A stretch of 64,000 nucleotides of DNA. Source: Azolla caroliniana. Taxonomy: Eukaryota; Plantae; Polypodiophyta. Below the pieces are notes generated by a model. That model saw only the letters and a program-made list of their open reading frames with translations. It did not search any database and had not been told where the DNA came from. Where the stretch lies: positions 7,750,001-7,814,000 of the forward strand of contig JBHGNT010000017.1 in assembly GCA_043228905.1 (NCBI GenBank), read 5' to 3'. Below, piece by piece: positions 1-11,779 of this stretch; position 1 is the stretch's first letter; each line of letters opens with the position of its first letter. The position numbers and the translations under genes are program-made.

Positions 1-371
1 CCTTTCTCTCTCTCTCTCTCACTCTCTCTCTCGGTTGCTCTCACTTCGCTCCCGCTAAGTGGAAAACAGAAAAATGAGCAACAACAACAAAACTGTTTGC
101 CCTAAGTCATATTTATACACATATGACTTTCGGGCTATTTACAAATATAGCCTAGAGGGCCCTTGGCAAACATATTCACAAATATGTCCCCGCATCCGGA
201 TCTCTCTCCGGGTACATTCGTCATCCGGCTCCGTAGCCGGGGTCTTCATCATCCGGATCCGAAACCGGGTCTTCATCATCCGGTTCCGATACCGGGTACT
301 CCTCATTCGGGTCTTCATTCCCGATTCCCGGACATCTGACCATCCCATCCGGAGGGACCGTAATCCCAACA
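1..371 (-). repeat. 3' LTR of Copia-1 (partial)
   Basis: Matches ~4760..5157 apart from a few substitutions and one 28-bp repeat unit. Starts TGTTGGG on the minus strand directly after the PPT TGAAGGGGGAGTT. Confidence 0.95.
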
Positions 372-381
372 AACTCCCCCT

Positions 382-3300
382 TCACTTTGGCATGGGATGT
401 CTTTCCAGTCCGACCCTCTTCCGGCACGCTTCCAGCCTGTCGGGTGTGAGCACTTTGGTAAGCATATCTGACCCGTTCTCGTCCGTGTGGATCTTCGTCA
501 GCACGAACTCCTGGTCTTCTATCCTTTCCCGGATCCAGTGATATCTTCGCTGGATGTGCTTCGTCCGGGAGTGATAGGCCGCATTCTTCGCAAGGTGGAT
601 GGCACTCTGACTGTCGCAGTAGAGTCGGTACTCCTCCTGCCGGATACCGAGCTCTCTAATGAAGTCCTTCATCCATATTATTTCCTTGCCGGCTTCAACA
701 GCCGCCATGTACTCCGCCTCCGTGGTTGACAACGCAACCGTCTTCTGCAGCCTCGATTGCCACGAAACAGCTCCCCCTGCATACGTCATCACATACCCTG
801 ATGTGGACCGGCTGGTATCTGCATCAGCCGACATATCCGAATCGGTAAAGCCGTCGAGTTCGGGCTTACCGGAGCCGAATCGGAGGCACACGTTTGCCGT
901 GCCCTTCAGGTACCGGAGTATCCACTTGGCCGCGTTCCAGTGCTCTTTGCCGGGATTGCTCATGTACCGGCTCACCACTCCGACTGCATATCCTATGTCC
1001 GGTCTTGTACACACCATTGCGTACATCAAGCTTCTGACGGCAGAGGCATATGGTACTTTCATCATGTCCTCCTTCTCAGCCTTTGTCTTGGGGCTTTGCT
1101 TGCTGGACAGCTTGCAGTTTGCCGGGAGGGTTGACCCGACCGGTCTTGCTTCCGACATGTTGAACCGGTGAAGCACCTTTGTCACGTACTTCTCCTGTGA
1201 CAGCCACAACTGCTTCTTCTTCCGGTCCCGGATGATGTGCATCCCTAGTATTTGCCTCGCCGGACCCAGGTCCTTCATTGAGAAGGTTCGGTGAAGCGCT
1301 TTCTTCAGCATCCGTATCTTGCCCTGGTCCCGTCCGACGATCAACATGTCGTCCACGTACAGGAGGAGTATTAGAAAGTCTCCTCCTTCGAACTTCTTCA
1401 CAAACACGCAGTGATCGGACTGCGTTTTGTGGTACCCTTCGTCGGTCATGAAAGAGTCGAACTTCCGGTACCATTGCCGGGGAGCCTGCTTCAGTCCGTA
1501 AAGGCTCTTCTTCAACCGGCATACCAGGTGCTCCTTCCCTTTCTTCTCGAATCCTTCTGGTTGCTGCATGTAGATCTCTTCTTCGAGGTCACCGTGAAGG
1601 AATGCCGTCTTCACGTCCATCTGTTCTACCTCGAGGTCCATGCTTGCCGCTATGCTCAGCACCGTCCGGATGGAGGTCATCTTCACTACCGGGGCAAATA
1701 TCTCGTCGAAGTCGACGCCCTTCTTCTGCTGGAACCCCTTCACCACGATCCTGGCTTTGTATCTCGGAGGGTTTCCGGCATCTCCCGATTTCAGCTTGAA
1801 CACCCACTTGTTTCGAAGTGCCCGCTTTCCTTTCGGCAACTCCACAAGTTCATATGTGTGGTTCTCATGCAGGGAATCCATCTCCTCCTGCATGGCACTT
1901 AACCACCTGCGGTTATGGGTGTCAAGCTTTGCTTCTTCAAAACTCTCCGGCTCCCCCTCGTCGGTTAGCAGCACGTGCTCTGGTTCCGGAAATCTCCGGG
2001 GGGCCCTTCTCTCTCTTAGAGGATATCTCCGTTCCGGAGCTTCGGTAACCGGCTCCTCCGTTTCCTCTTCATCCGAATCCATTTCGGGATCGGGGCCGGT
2101 TTCGGTATCAGTTTCATCTTCCTCGGCCGGTTCTGTTTCTTCACCGTCTTCGGCCGGATCCTCGAGTGCTAACCGGTCCCTTGCCGGTCGGGACTGCTCC
2201 TCGTAGAGTTGATCCTCACCGGTCGACTTGGAGCTCTTCATCTTCTTCTCCGACTCCCAGTCGGCGAGTGTCTTGTCCTCCATGAAGATGATATCACGAC
2301 TCCGGAATATCTTTTTGTCGACCGGGTCCCATACTCGGTAGCCGAACTCGTCATCGCCGTAACCGAGGAATATGCATGGCCGGGTCTTTGGATCTAGCTT
2401 TCCTCTCCGGTCCTTTGCCACATGCACATATGCGAGACACCCGAACACCTTCAGATGCCGGTAGGATACTTCCCTACCGGTCCACACTCTCTGCGGCGTG
2501 TCTCCGTCCAAAGGTACTGAGGGTGATCTGTTTATCACGTATGTCGCCGTCGACATTGCCTCAGCCCAAAACCCCTTGGGTAATTTCGCATGCGCCAGCA
2601 TACTCCGGACCCTCTCCATTATGGTCCGGTTCATCCTCTCGGCTAGCCCGTTCAGTTCCGGCGTCTTCGGCACAGTAAACTCGAGCCGGATTCCCTTCGA
2701 GCGACAGTACTCCTTGAACTGCCCCCGGTATTCCCCTCCGTTATCCGCTCATATCGCTTTCAGCTTCTTGCCGGATTCCCTTTCCACTCTCGCGTGGAGT
2801 TCTTTGAAGACGCACAACACTTGGTCCTTTGTCTTCAACGGTGCCGTCCACAGCTTCCGGCTGTGGTCATCAATGAATGTCACGAAGTACTGGGCTCCGC
2901 CATGTGACTTCGTTTCTACTTGACACACGTCAGTGTGCACCAACTCCAATGGTGCGCTACGTCTCGTCGGTGGCCTTGAGTGGAAGGAGGTTCGGTTCTG
3001 CTTACCGGCCAGGCAATCGGTGCACTTCTCCAGGTGCACGTGCTTCATTGGAATAAGGTTGTCTTCTGCAAGCCTCTTCATCCCCTTCTCACTCATGTGG
3101 CACAATCTCTTGTGCCACAGCTCACCGGCAGTGTCGGCTGCCACGTTCAACTCCTCCGGACACAACCAGGCATTCATAAGGTACAGTGTGTTGACTTTCC
3201 GGGCCCGAGCCACTATCAGGCTCCCCTTGCTGAACTTCATTACGCAGTTCCGGATGCTACCTGTGTAGCCTTCATCGTCTAGCCTCCCGGCCGAAATCAG

Positions 3301-4455
3301 GTTCAATCGAACCTCCGGAACGTGTCGGACATCCTTCAGCAACATTTTGCATCCGGTCGAGGTTGTCAACCATACGTCTCCTATGCCGGCAATCCGGCAC
3401 GTACCTTCATTTCCCATCCGAACACAGCCATGCTCACCGGCTGTGTAGGATGAGAAGTATCTTCTTTCCGGGGTCAGGTGGAACGACGCTCCGGAATCGA
3501 CCACCCAGGTAGTCTCATCGCCGGCAATGTTTAGTTCACCTTCTTCGGTGATGAGCATGATCTCCTCTTCACTTGCCGCGAGTGCCGTCGTTCCTTTCCG
3601 GTCCTGCCCTCGCCGATCCGAACCATTCCGGTCCGTGGCTCCCCGGTAAGCACCGTTCCGTTCCGAAGACTTCTTCGAATCGGTGTCGTCGGCTCCGTTG
3701 TCTTTTCGGTAATGCCGACAATTCTTTCGGAAGTGCCCCGACTTCCCACAGTGGAAGCATGTGGGCCTTCCTCTTGACTGCGACCGGGTCCCCGACTTCT
3801 CCCGTCTTTGCGGACTCCGCTTCCGTTGTCTTCCCCGATCCGATTCGGTAAGCAGCATCTTCGGATCGGAGGCCGGTTCTTTATCTCTCCGACGCGCTTC
3901 TTCGTTCAAAATGCTTGTCTTTACCGTTTGTAGGGACAAGTTATCTTCGGTGCAGGAGGTGCTGAGAGTCACCACCAAGTTCTCCCAGCTTTCCGGCAAT
4001 GTACACATCAACATGATGGCTTGCATTGCATCCTCCAACGGGAACTTGATCGCCGCAAGCTGGTTCACGAATCCCATGAACGTGCTTACGTGTTCCACCA
4101 TACTCTCGCCGTCCCGGTACTTGAGGTTCACTATCTTCCTCATCAGGGAGGTCCGGTTCAACGCATTCTTCCTCTCGTAGAGGCCCGACAGCTTCTGCCA
4201 CATCTCATATGCGTTGGTGTCGTTCGCCACATGTTGTAGAACGCTCACGTCGACGTATTGCCGAATGGTTGCAACGGCTTTCCGGTTCAGAAGCCTCCAT
4301 TCCGTCTCAAGTACCCCCTTGGGTATTTCCGACCTGTCGATCGGTTCATACAGGTCCCGAACAATGAGCAGATCCTCCATCTTTATCTTCCAGTCGGCGT
4401 AGTTCTGCGCATTCAGCACCATCATCCCCGGCTGCCTGCTGTTGCCGCCTTCCAT
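382..4455 (-). pseudogene. Copia-1 gag-pol polyprotein with one in-frame nonsense codon (TGA at 2749..2751)
   Basis: Start MEGGNSRQ. CFHCGKSGHFRKNC zinc knuckle, WVVDSGAS protease, HKRLCH..CTDC, LVHTDVC/DNGGEY integrase, LYVDDML RT, ADMLTK-like RNase H. ORFs 2749..4692 and 382..2673 share a frame. Confidence 0.95.
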
Positions 4456-4472
4456 TTTCTGCACTTGCAGTC

Positions 4473-4484
4473 GCTCTGATACCA
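4473..4484 (-). promoter_or_regulatory. Primer-binding site (tRNA-iMet) of Copia-1
   Basis: TGGTATCAGAGC on the minus strand, 3 nt inside the 5' LTR. Confidence 0.92.
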
Positions 4485-4487
4485 AAT

Positions 4488-5157
4488 TGATAGAAATTGA
4501 CGCTTTCAAAAAAACCTTCAGCTCTCGGCCACAACCGACGAAACACGAGTCAATGCAGCAGTAAATCGAAAAACACAGAGAGAGACTCGAATGCACAGGG
4601 TTTAGCGTGGAAAACCCTAGACGGGAAAAACCACGGGAGTGCAAGACTCCAACTATCACTATACGCAGGGAATGTACAATGGCGAGCTGCAAGGCGACGA
4701 CCTTGAGCTCGCTGTCCTCGCCACAAGCGGCGGTATTACACAGAGGCGTCGACCTCTTCCTTTCTCTCTCTCTCTCTCACTCTCTCTCTCGGCTGCTCTC
4801 ACTTCGCTCCCTCTAAGTGGAAAACAGAAAAATGAGCAACAACAACAAAACTGTTTGCCCTAAGTCATATTTATACACATATGACTTTCGGGCTATTTAC
4901 AAATATAGCCTAGAGGGCCCTTGGCAAACATATTCACAAATATGTCCCCGCATCCGGATCTCTCTCCGGGTACATTCGTCATCCGGCTCCGTAGCCGGGG
5001 TCTTCATCATCCGGCTCCGTAGCCGGGGTCTTCATCATCCGGATCCGAAACCGGGTCTTCATCATCCGGTTCTGATACCGGGTACTCCTCATTCGGGTCT
5101 TCATTCCCGATTCCCGGACATCTGACCATCCCATCCGGAGGGACCGTAATCCCAACA
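4488..5157 (-). repeat. 5' LTR of Copia-1 (670 bp)
   Basis: TG...CA ends; contains a U3 tandem repeat array, a TATA-like TATAAATA and a (GA)n tract. Confidence 0.95.
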
Positions 5158-5547
5158 AATTTCACCATGCTGCACGAACAAAAACACCTTTTCCCGTTCT
5201 CAATATCTCGAGGACAGAGTTTTCCTTTCAAAGAACGAATTGTGAGGCTATGCGATCGTGCGTGTTTCGACAACACTTGATATAGGACCAAACTTATATA
5301 TATCTGTGGCTAGGAAAAGCCTGTATAAAGGCTAAGATTCTCATGGAATGCATGGAAACTTATTGCCGTAGAAATTATGCACGGAGAGCAGGGCAGGGCT
5401 ATGCAGTTCATGAAAACATGTTTTAGGGGGTTGGTATGCAATTTATGCAAACATATCTTCTGCTTGTGCAGAAGATTATATATGTAAATTCATGCAAACA
5501 ATCTTCTTCGCGGAGCATTTCTGAGTCATGAATCGGTTTGTATATCA

Positions 5548-8345
5548 ATGGAGAGCAGAACATCCTTTACAAAACTTAAAGGAATGTCCACCAAAGATAA
5601 CAATTTGTTATGGGAAGAGCTCTTCAACGACCCTTCTCAATTCTGGGACAACAGAAACAGTAAGGTAAAAATCCTCTCTTAGATGGTTTCATGAGAAATT
5701 AAAGAAAGTTTTTTTTATCTCTGCATATCTTTTCTGTTTTTTTTCCGTAGAATGCTTCATGAAGATATACTGACTTCTTAAAACTATGCTTAAATTTAGA
5801 TGATTGCATGCACTTATACTTTTTCTGAGTCGCCGGTATTTTTTGAAATTTTTTTCTGGATGATTTCATGGAATTTATAAGCTTCATTGGAAGGGTTTAA
5901 TTGGATGGAGTTTTTATTTTTATGGTTTATGTTGGAGGATTTCATGCTTTTTATTTTATATTTTGACCCTAGATTACCCCAAATTCTCCTGATTTTCGTC
6001 ACAAACAGACACGGGCATCCTTATGGATTCATGGTTTCCAAAACCCATCTTGGGTTACCCAAAAGTTATCGAGATTCCCAATGAAAGAAGTGTTAAATGA
6101 TAGAGCTTCCTCAGAAAACGTTGAGTCGTCTGATCGAATGACATTTTTGGGCTCAATAAAGTTATGCGGAACAAAGAAGAACTTGCGAAAGGGCCGAAAA
6201 TTGCATGCCGAGATCATTGAAAAAAAGCTATTTCCAGGAGATGGGCATATCAGTACTGCCTTGCTTAGTATGTATGCCAAATGTGGTGCTTTTGAAGAAG
6301 CTAAAGAAGTTTTTGATCAGATTCAAATCCGAGATGTTATATCATGGAATGCTTTGATTTCGGGCTATGCCCAAAATGGGCATGGAGATGAAGTTTTGAA
6401 GCTTGTTTTTCAAATGGGAGAATATGGCATTGCCCCGGATGGAGTGACATTTGTTTGTGTTTTGAAAGCTTGTGGAACCATGAGGAATCTTAAGATGGGA
6501 GAAGAGATACATTCCAGCATCACTAAACAAGGTCTCCTGGAGAATGATATTGTTCTCGGGACAGCTTTGGTTGATATGTATGCTAAATGTGGTGCTCTCG
6601 AAGAAGCACAGCAAGTATTTCATAAGCTTCCAATCCGAAATATTGTCTCGTGGAATGCATTGATTACAGGCTATACTCACTATGGGATGCATGATGAAGC
6701 CTTAAATTCATTCTATAGAATGCAAGATGAAGGTATCTCACCTGATGTTGTAACCTTTGTTTGCATTTTGAAAGGTTGCAGTAACACAAAATCACTAGAG
6801 ATGGGAGAGGAGATACATCTCAAGGTCAATCAACAGGGGCTATTGGCAAAGAACCTTATTCTAGGTACAGCCTTGGTGGATATGTATGCTAAATGTGGTA
6901 GGCTTCAAAAAGCTCAAGAGGTTTTTGACGAGTTGGCAACACGAGATGTGGTATTATGGAGTGCATTGATTGGAGGGTATATGGAACATGGACTGGCTAG
7001 TGAATCTCTAATTTTGTTTAGAAAGATGCGAGATGAGGGTATTGCACCAGATGCCGTCACTTTCATTTGTGTTTTAAAAGCTTGTGCCAGCATCAGATCT
7101 CTTGAAATGGGAGAGGACATATATGCTGAGGTTTGCAAGAATGGGTTGTTGGAGAAAGACATTGTGCTTGGTAACTCATTAGTGGACATGTATTCAAAAT
7201 GTGGTCTATTAGGAAAAGCACAAGAAGTGTTTGATAAGCTTAAGGTTCGAAATGTTGTATCTTGGAATGCACTGATAAGTGGGTATACTCAACATGGGTT
7301 GAACGATGAAGCTTTGAGCTGTTTCAGACAAATGAGAGATGAAGGTATTTCCCCTAATGTTGTCACCTTTACGTGCATCTTGAAAGTTTGCAGCACCATA
7401 AGATCTCTTGATATAGGGCAAATGATACATGAAGAGGTGAGAAAGCAAATGCTACTAGAAAATGACATTATGGTCGGTATTGCATTGGTAGATATGTATG
7501 CCAAATGTGGTGAGTTAGAAAAAGCACAAAATGTATTTGATGTGATTCCACTACGAGATGTGGTCATTTGGGACGCATTAATTAGTGGGTATGCTCAACA
7601 AGGGCTTGTCGATGAAGCTTTATGCCGCTTAAAGAAGATGCAAGATGATGGTTTCACTCCAGATGTAATTACTTTTAATAGCGCTCTGAAAGCTTGTGGC
7701 ACCACAGGGTTCCTAAATATTGGAGAAGATATCAATTACCAGATTAGGAGATTAGGGTTATTACAAAAAGACATAGTGCTTGGTAAAACATTGGTGGGTA
7801 TGTATGCCAAATGTGGTGAGCTAGGAAAAGCACATGAAGCATTTAATGAGCTTCAGGTTCAAGATGTTGTATCATGGAGCTCATTGATGGCATGTTACGC
7901 CCAATTAGGTCAAGCTAAAAGATGTCTAATCTTATTCAATGACATGATTAGTGAGGGTATAGTTCCTGATCCAGTTAGCTTCCTGGTTCTCTTGACCGCA
8001 TGTAGTCATGCGGGTATTGTAGAGGAAGGTGAAAAAGTTTTTGATGATATGGATGGTATCTACAATCTTGTTCCAACCCTAGAGCATTATGCATGCATGG
8101 TTGATATGTTTAGCCGTGCAGGGCAGTTTAGTAAAGCTTTAGCTATGCTTGAAAAGGTGCCAGCCTCTGATCATCTGCCATTATTGTTGGCATTTTTGGG
8201 TGCTTGCCATAAAGGAGTGAACGCTGAACTTGGGAAATGGGCATTTCAACGGTCATTACAATTGGATGGCAAGTCTAGAGCAGCTTATATTTGCATGGGA
8301 AATATTTATGCTATTTCTGGTATGTATACATGTGCAAGCGTGTGA
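5548..8345 (+). CDS. PLS-E class pentatricopeptide repeat protein (organellar RNA-editing-factor type, no DYW) with an N-terminal OSB-type PDF motif; exons 5548..5664 and 5973..8345
   Basis: ORF 6081..8345 has six MY(A/S)KCG S-motifs in ~102-aa P-L-S triplets and ends P2-L2-S2-E1-E2 (EHYACMVDMFSRAG...AAYICMGNIYA). A GT-AG phase-0 intron 5665..5972 joins LWEELFNDPSQFWDNRNSK in frame to ITPNSPDFRHKQTRASLW...PSWV. The start codon is uncertain (5548, or 5377/5401 if TAA 5485 is a mutation). Confidence 0.88.
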
Positions 8346-8636
8346 AATTGAAGCATTGATTAATGTATAATCGAAAACATTTGTATAGGTGGACCAATGT
8401 TCATGACATTTTATTTATTTATTATGGGTGAAAGCAACCATCAACCATCCTTCACCTTGATCTATGTATATCTCATGCTGGTCATGAAAGTGAACACTTA
8501 TACCATTATACAAAATGGGATTCGTTAGGATTACTTTACATTTTCAAGTACAAAAAAATCCAATGAAATGGTGTAATGCTTTTTGTTTCCCAAGACATTT
8601 CCATATTTCATTAAGAGTGAAATATATGAAACGTCT

Positions 8637-11600
8637 TGTTGGGTTCTTGCTTTGAATCCCAAAAAAACTTGCCCACTTTAGGGTTATGAGAGTATATATA
8701 GACAAGGGGAAAAAACCTCCTAAAGAGGGAAAAAATGCCCCTGTTGTCCCAAGTGTGTTCACACATCACTACCGGAATATGTCAACAAATCCCCCTTGGG
8801 AGTGATGCGGTGAACAAGGAGCTAGCACTTATGGCTAAGCAAGTGCCAAGCTATGTGGATAGAGATCAATCCACAAATGGAAGTAGGCCTAAAGCTTTGC
8901 GGAAAGCTTCAAACTTCTCCTTAGGCAAAGCCTTTGTGAAGAGGTCTGCAATGTTCTCTTGTGTAGGCACATAAGCCAAACTGATCACTCCAGCGGAGAA
9001 CCTTTCCTTAACATAGTGATAATGCACCTCAATGTGCTTAGTGCGAGCATGGAACAGAGGGTTCCTCGCAATTGCCATTGCGCTTTGACTGTTAGTGAAG
9101 AGGATGGTGGCCGAAGACTAACCAACACCCAAATAAGTTAAAAGGCGTCTGAGCCACACACACTCTACTGTAGCTGTGAAAGCTGCCCTATACTCAGCCT
9201 CACAACTAGAAGTGGCCAAAGTAGGTTGCTTCTTGCTCAACCAAGATATGCATGAGCTACCAAGCATGAAGCAAAAACCACTTGTGGATTGGCGGCCAAT
9301 CAGAGTCATAAAAAGCATGCAGGTCTGGCAGTACTGTTCCCCCCTTGGGATAAAATAGCCCAAGTGACCGGGCACCACTCAAGAGCGAAAGATGCGCGTA
9401 ACTGCTTGCCAATGCTTAACTCATGGGCAATGCATAAACTTACTCATCTGAGAGACAACAAACTGAATATTAGGTTGGGTTATGCATAAGTAAATTAAGC
9501 ATCCAATTGCCTGCTGATAGAGAACAACATCAAAAAATGCATCTCCAACATCATGAAGGCTCAAACGTAAACCTGTCTCCATGGGAATGGCAATAGGTTT
9601 ACAGTCTTCAAGGCCAACACCTTGCAATAATGTGTCAATGTATTTCAATTGACACAAAGCTATTCCACCATCAACTTGCATAAATTGAATGCCCAAATAA
9701 TGATGCAAATGCCCCAAATTTAACATCTCAAAAGAGGCATGCAAATCAGCTTGAAAGTCAACAATATGCTTCTCATTAGGACCAGTGAGCAACATATCAT
9801 CGACATACACAACCATGATCAGAAATACATCAACACGCTTAACATATAAGGTGCTTTAATTTGGACTATTCTCAAACCAAATGCAATCAAATAGGCATGT
9901 ATCTTTTCATACCAAGAACGTGGTGCTTGCTTCAAGCCATATAATGCCTTTCTCAACCTGCACACTTTATGTTCATGCCCTTTCTGCACAAAACCACGAG
10001 GCTGAGATATATACACTTCCTGATGAAGATCACCATTTATAAATGTTGTTTTAATGTCTAATTGATGTACATTCCAACCACGATGAGCTACGATGAACAT
10101 TAGTCATACGACAGGTAGGAGCAAAGGTCTCACCAAAATCAATGCCTTCTTCTTGGGCATAACCTTTCACAACAAGCCTAGCCTTATACCTGTCAATTGT
10201 TCCATCAGGTTTATGCTTCAACTTATATACCCACTTAGTGCCAATAGCCTTCTTGCTAGGAGGCAAGTCACATAAAGACCATGTACCAGTCTTCATAATA
10301 ACGTCATATTCTAATTGCATAACAACCATCCAATTTTCTGAATTTTGTGCTTCATCAAAAGAAACATGCTCATTCTCATCACAAAGACTAGAGGCAACTA
10401 TAACATAACAATCTGATGCAAAAGAAGCACTATGATAACCTGAGCAAGTACGGTATGACAAAGGAAAATCCAAGTTGATGTCTTGCAAAGTCTGCAACAA
10501 CCATTTAGGCACAGCCTTTGCCTCTTCTATATTAGCCCTCTCATTAATAAGTGCATCATGTAAGTCTACATCAGAAATAGAATGATCTGCATCTGATTTG
10601 CATCATTATGGGTGGCTTCCAAAGGCTGAGAAGGTGCCTCAATTGGGCCAACACTTAACTGTCCACTTGTAAAAAGAGGCAACAAAGTGTCATACACATC
10701 TCAGGAGTTAACTGGTGTCTCCTTGATACATGAAAGAAGTGGCCCTTCTGCCGGCCTTCCCTTCAATTGAGTGGCTGAAGCCCCGCCACGCCCCTGGCTG
10801 GTAAGCGCTATGCGCCATTCCTTTAACGTAATGAACGTTGAGGGCGCGCGCCATTCCTTTAATTGCATCCTCCACAAAAATGACATCACAACTGACCAAA
10901 ATGTGTTTAGATTGTGGATGATACATACAATAGCCATTACTTTCAAAACTGTATCCTACAAAAATACATTTCACTGCTTTATCGTCCAATTTTTTGCGTT
11001 GTTGTTTAGGCACTAATGCATATGCCAAACAACCAAAAACACGCAGATGAGCAACAGATGGCTTTTGGCCATGCCAAGCTTCATATGTGATAGAGTGCAG
11101 TGCTCTTAGTGGGACACCTGTTAAGTACATATGCTGCACACATGACAACCTCAAGCCAAAAACTATGTGGTAAAGTGTAACTTTTGACCATACACCTCGC
11201 CATTTCCATGAGTGACTTGTTCTTTCTTTCAACAACTCCACTTTGTTGAGGTGTATACGACACTGTACACTGATGTTTTATCCCACGTTCAACCAGAAAT
11301 GCATTAAACTCAGAAGACATATACTCCCCCCCTTGATCAGAATGGAGGGTGCCCATTTTACATGTTGACAGATTTTCAGCCAAAGCTAGAAACTGTTTGA
11401 AGCACAGAAACACTTCGGACTTTGCCTACATGCCTAGATAAGTCATCAATGAAAGTCACGAAGTAAAGATAGTTCCCAAGAGAATGTGTCTGCATAGGAC
11501 CACAAGCATCACTATGAACAAGCTGCAATTTCTACGTAGCTCTAATGGAACCATTTTTTGGAAAGGATGAACGTTGCATTTTGCCCAAAATACAACCTTC

Positions 11601-11779
11601 ACAAACATGCTTCCGAGGTGCCTCAAGTTTGGGCAAGGAGGACACCATTTCAGATTTCTGCAGGCGAAGCAAACTTGCAAAATTCGGATGACCAAAGCGT
11701 GCATGCCAAATCTTTGCATCTAAAATGCCCTGATAATCTTGTATTGCACATGCTGAATTGTTTATAGATTTTTCATAAG
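8637..11779 (-). mobile_element. Degenerate Ty1/copia Copia-2 (3' LTR ~8637..8787, RH, RT, INT; 5' half missing)
   Basis: Fragmented ORFs with HARFGH..CEGC, SDQGGEY, YVDDML, ARTKHIEVHYH and ADLFTK. PPT at 8788..8797 next to a putative short TGTTG...CAACA LTR. Many stops and frameshifts. Confidence 0.85.

Larger units (their letters stand above)
1..5157 (-). mobile_element. Ty1/copia LTR retrotransposon Copia-1, young and nearly full length (3' LTR cut by the window edge)
   Basis: Two near-identical LTRs (1..371 partial; 4488..5157, TG...CA), PBS TGGTATCAGAGC at 4473..4484, PPT at 372..384, and domain order gag-PR-INT-RT-RH. Confidence 0.97.

Noticed and set aside
139-427. Acidic and basic repetitive ORFs in the Copia-1 LTR (EDPVSDPDDEDP..., also 5007..5291)
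   Set aside because: Translations of the U3 tandem repeats; the 28-bp unit difference between LTRs shifts the frame.
487-4479. Many plus-strand ORFs over Copia-1, and similar antisense ORFs over Copia-4, -5 and -6
   Set aside because: Shadows of GC-rich gag-pol codon usage with no domain signatures.
8345-8640. Possible DYW deaminase exon downstream of the PPR
   Set aside because: No PG box, HxE or CxxC motif found before Copia-2; the protein ends in E2.
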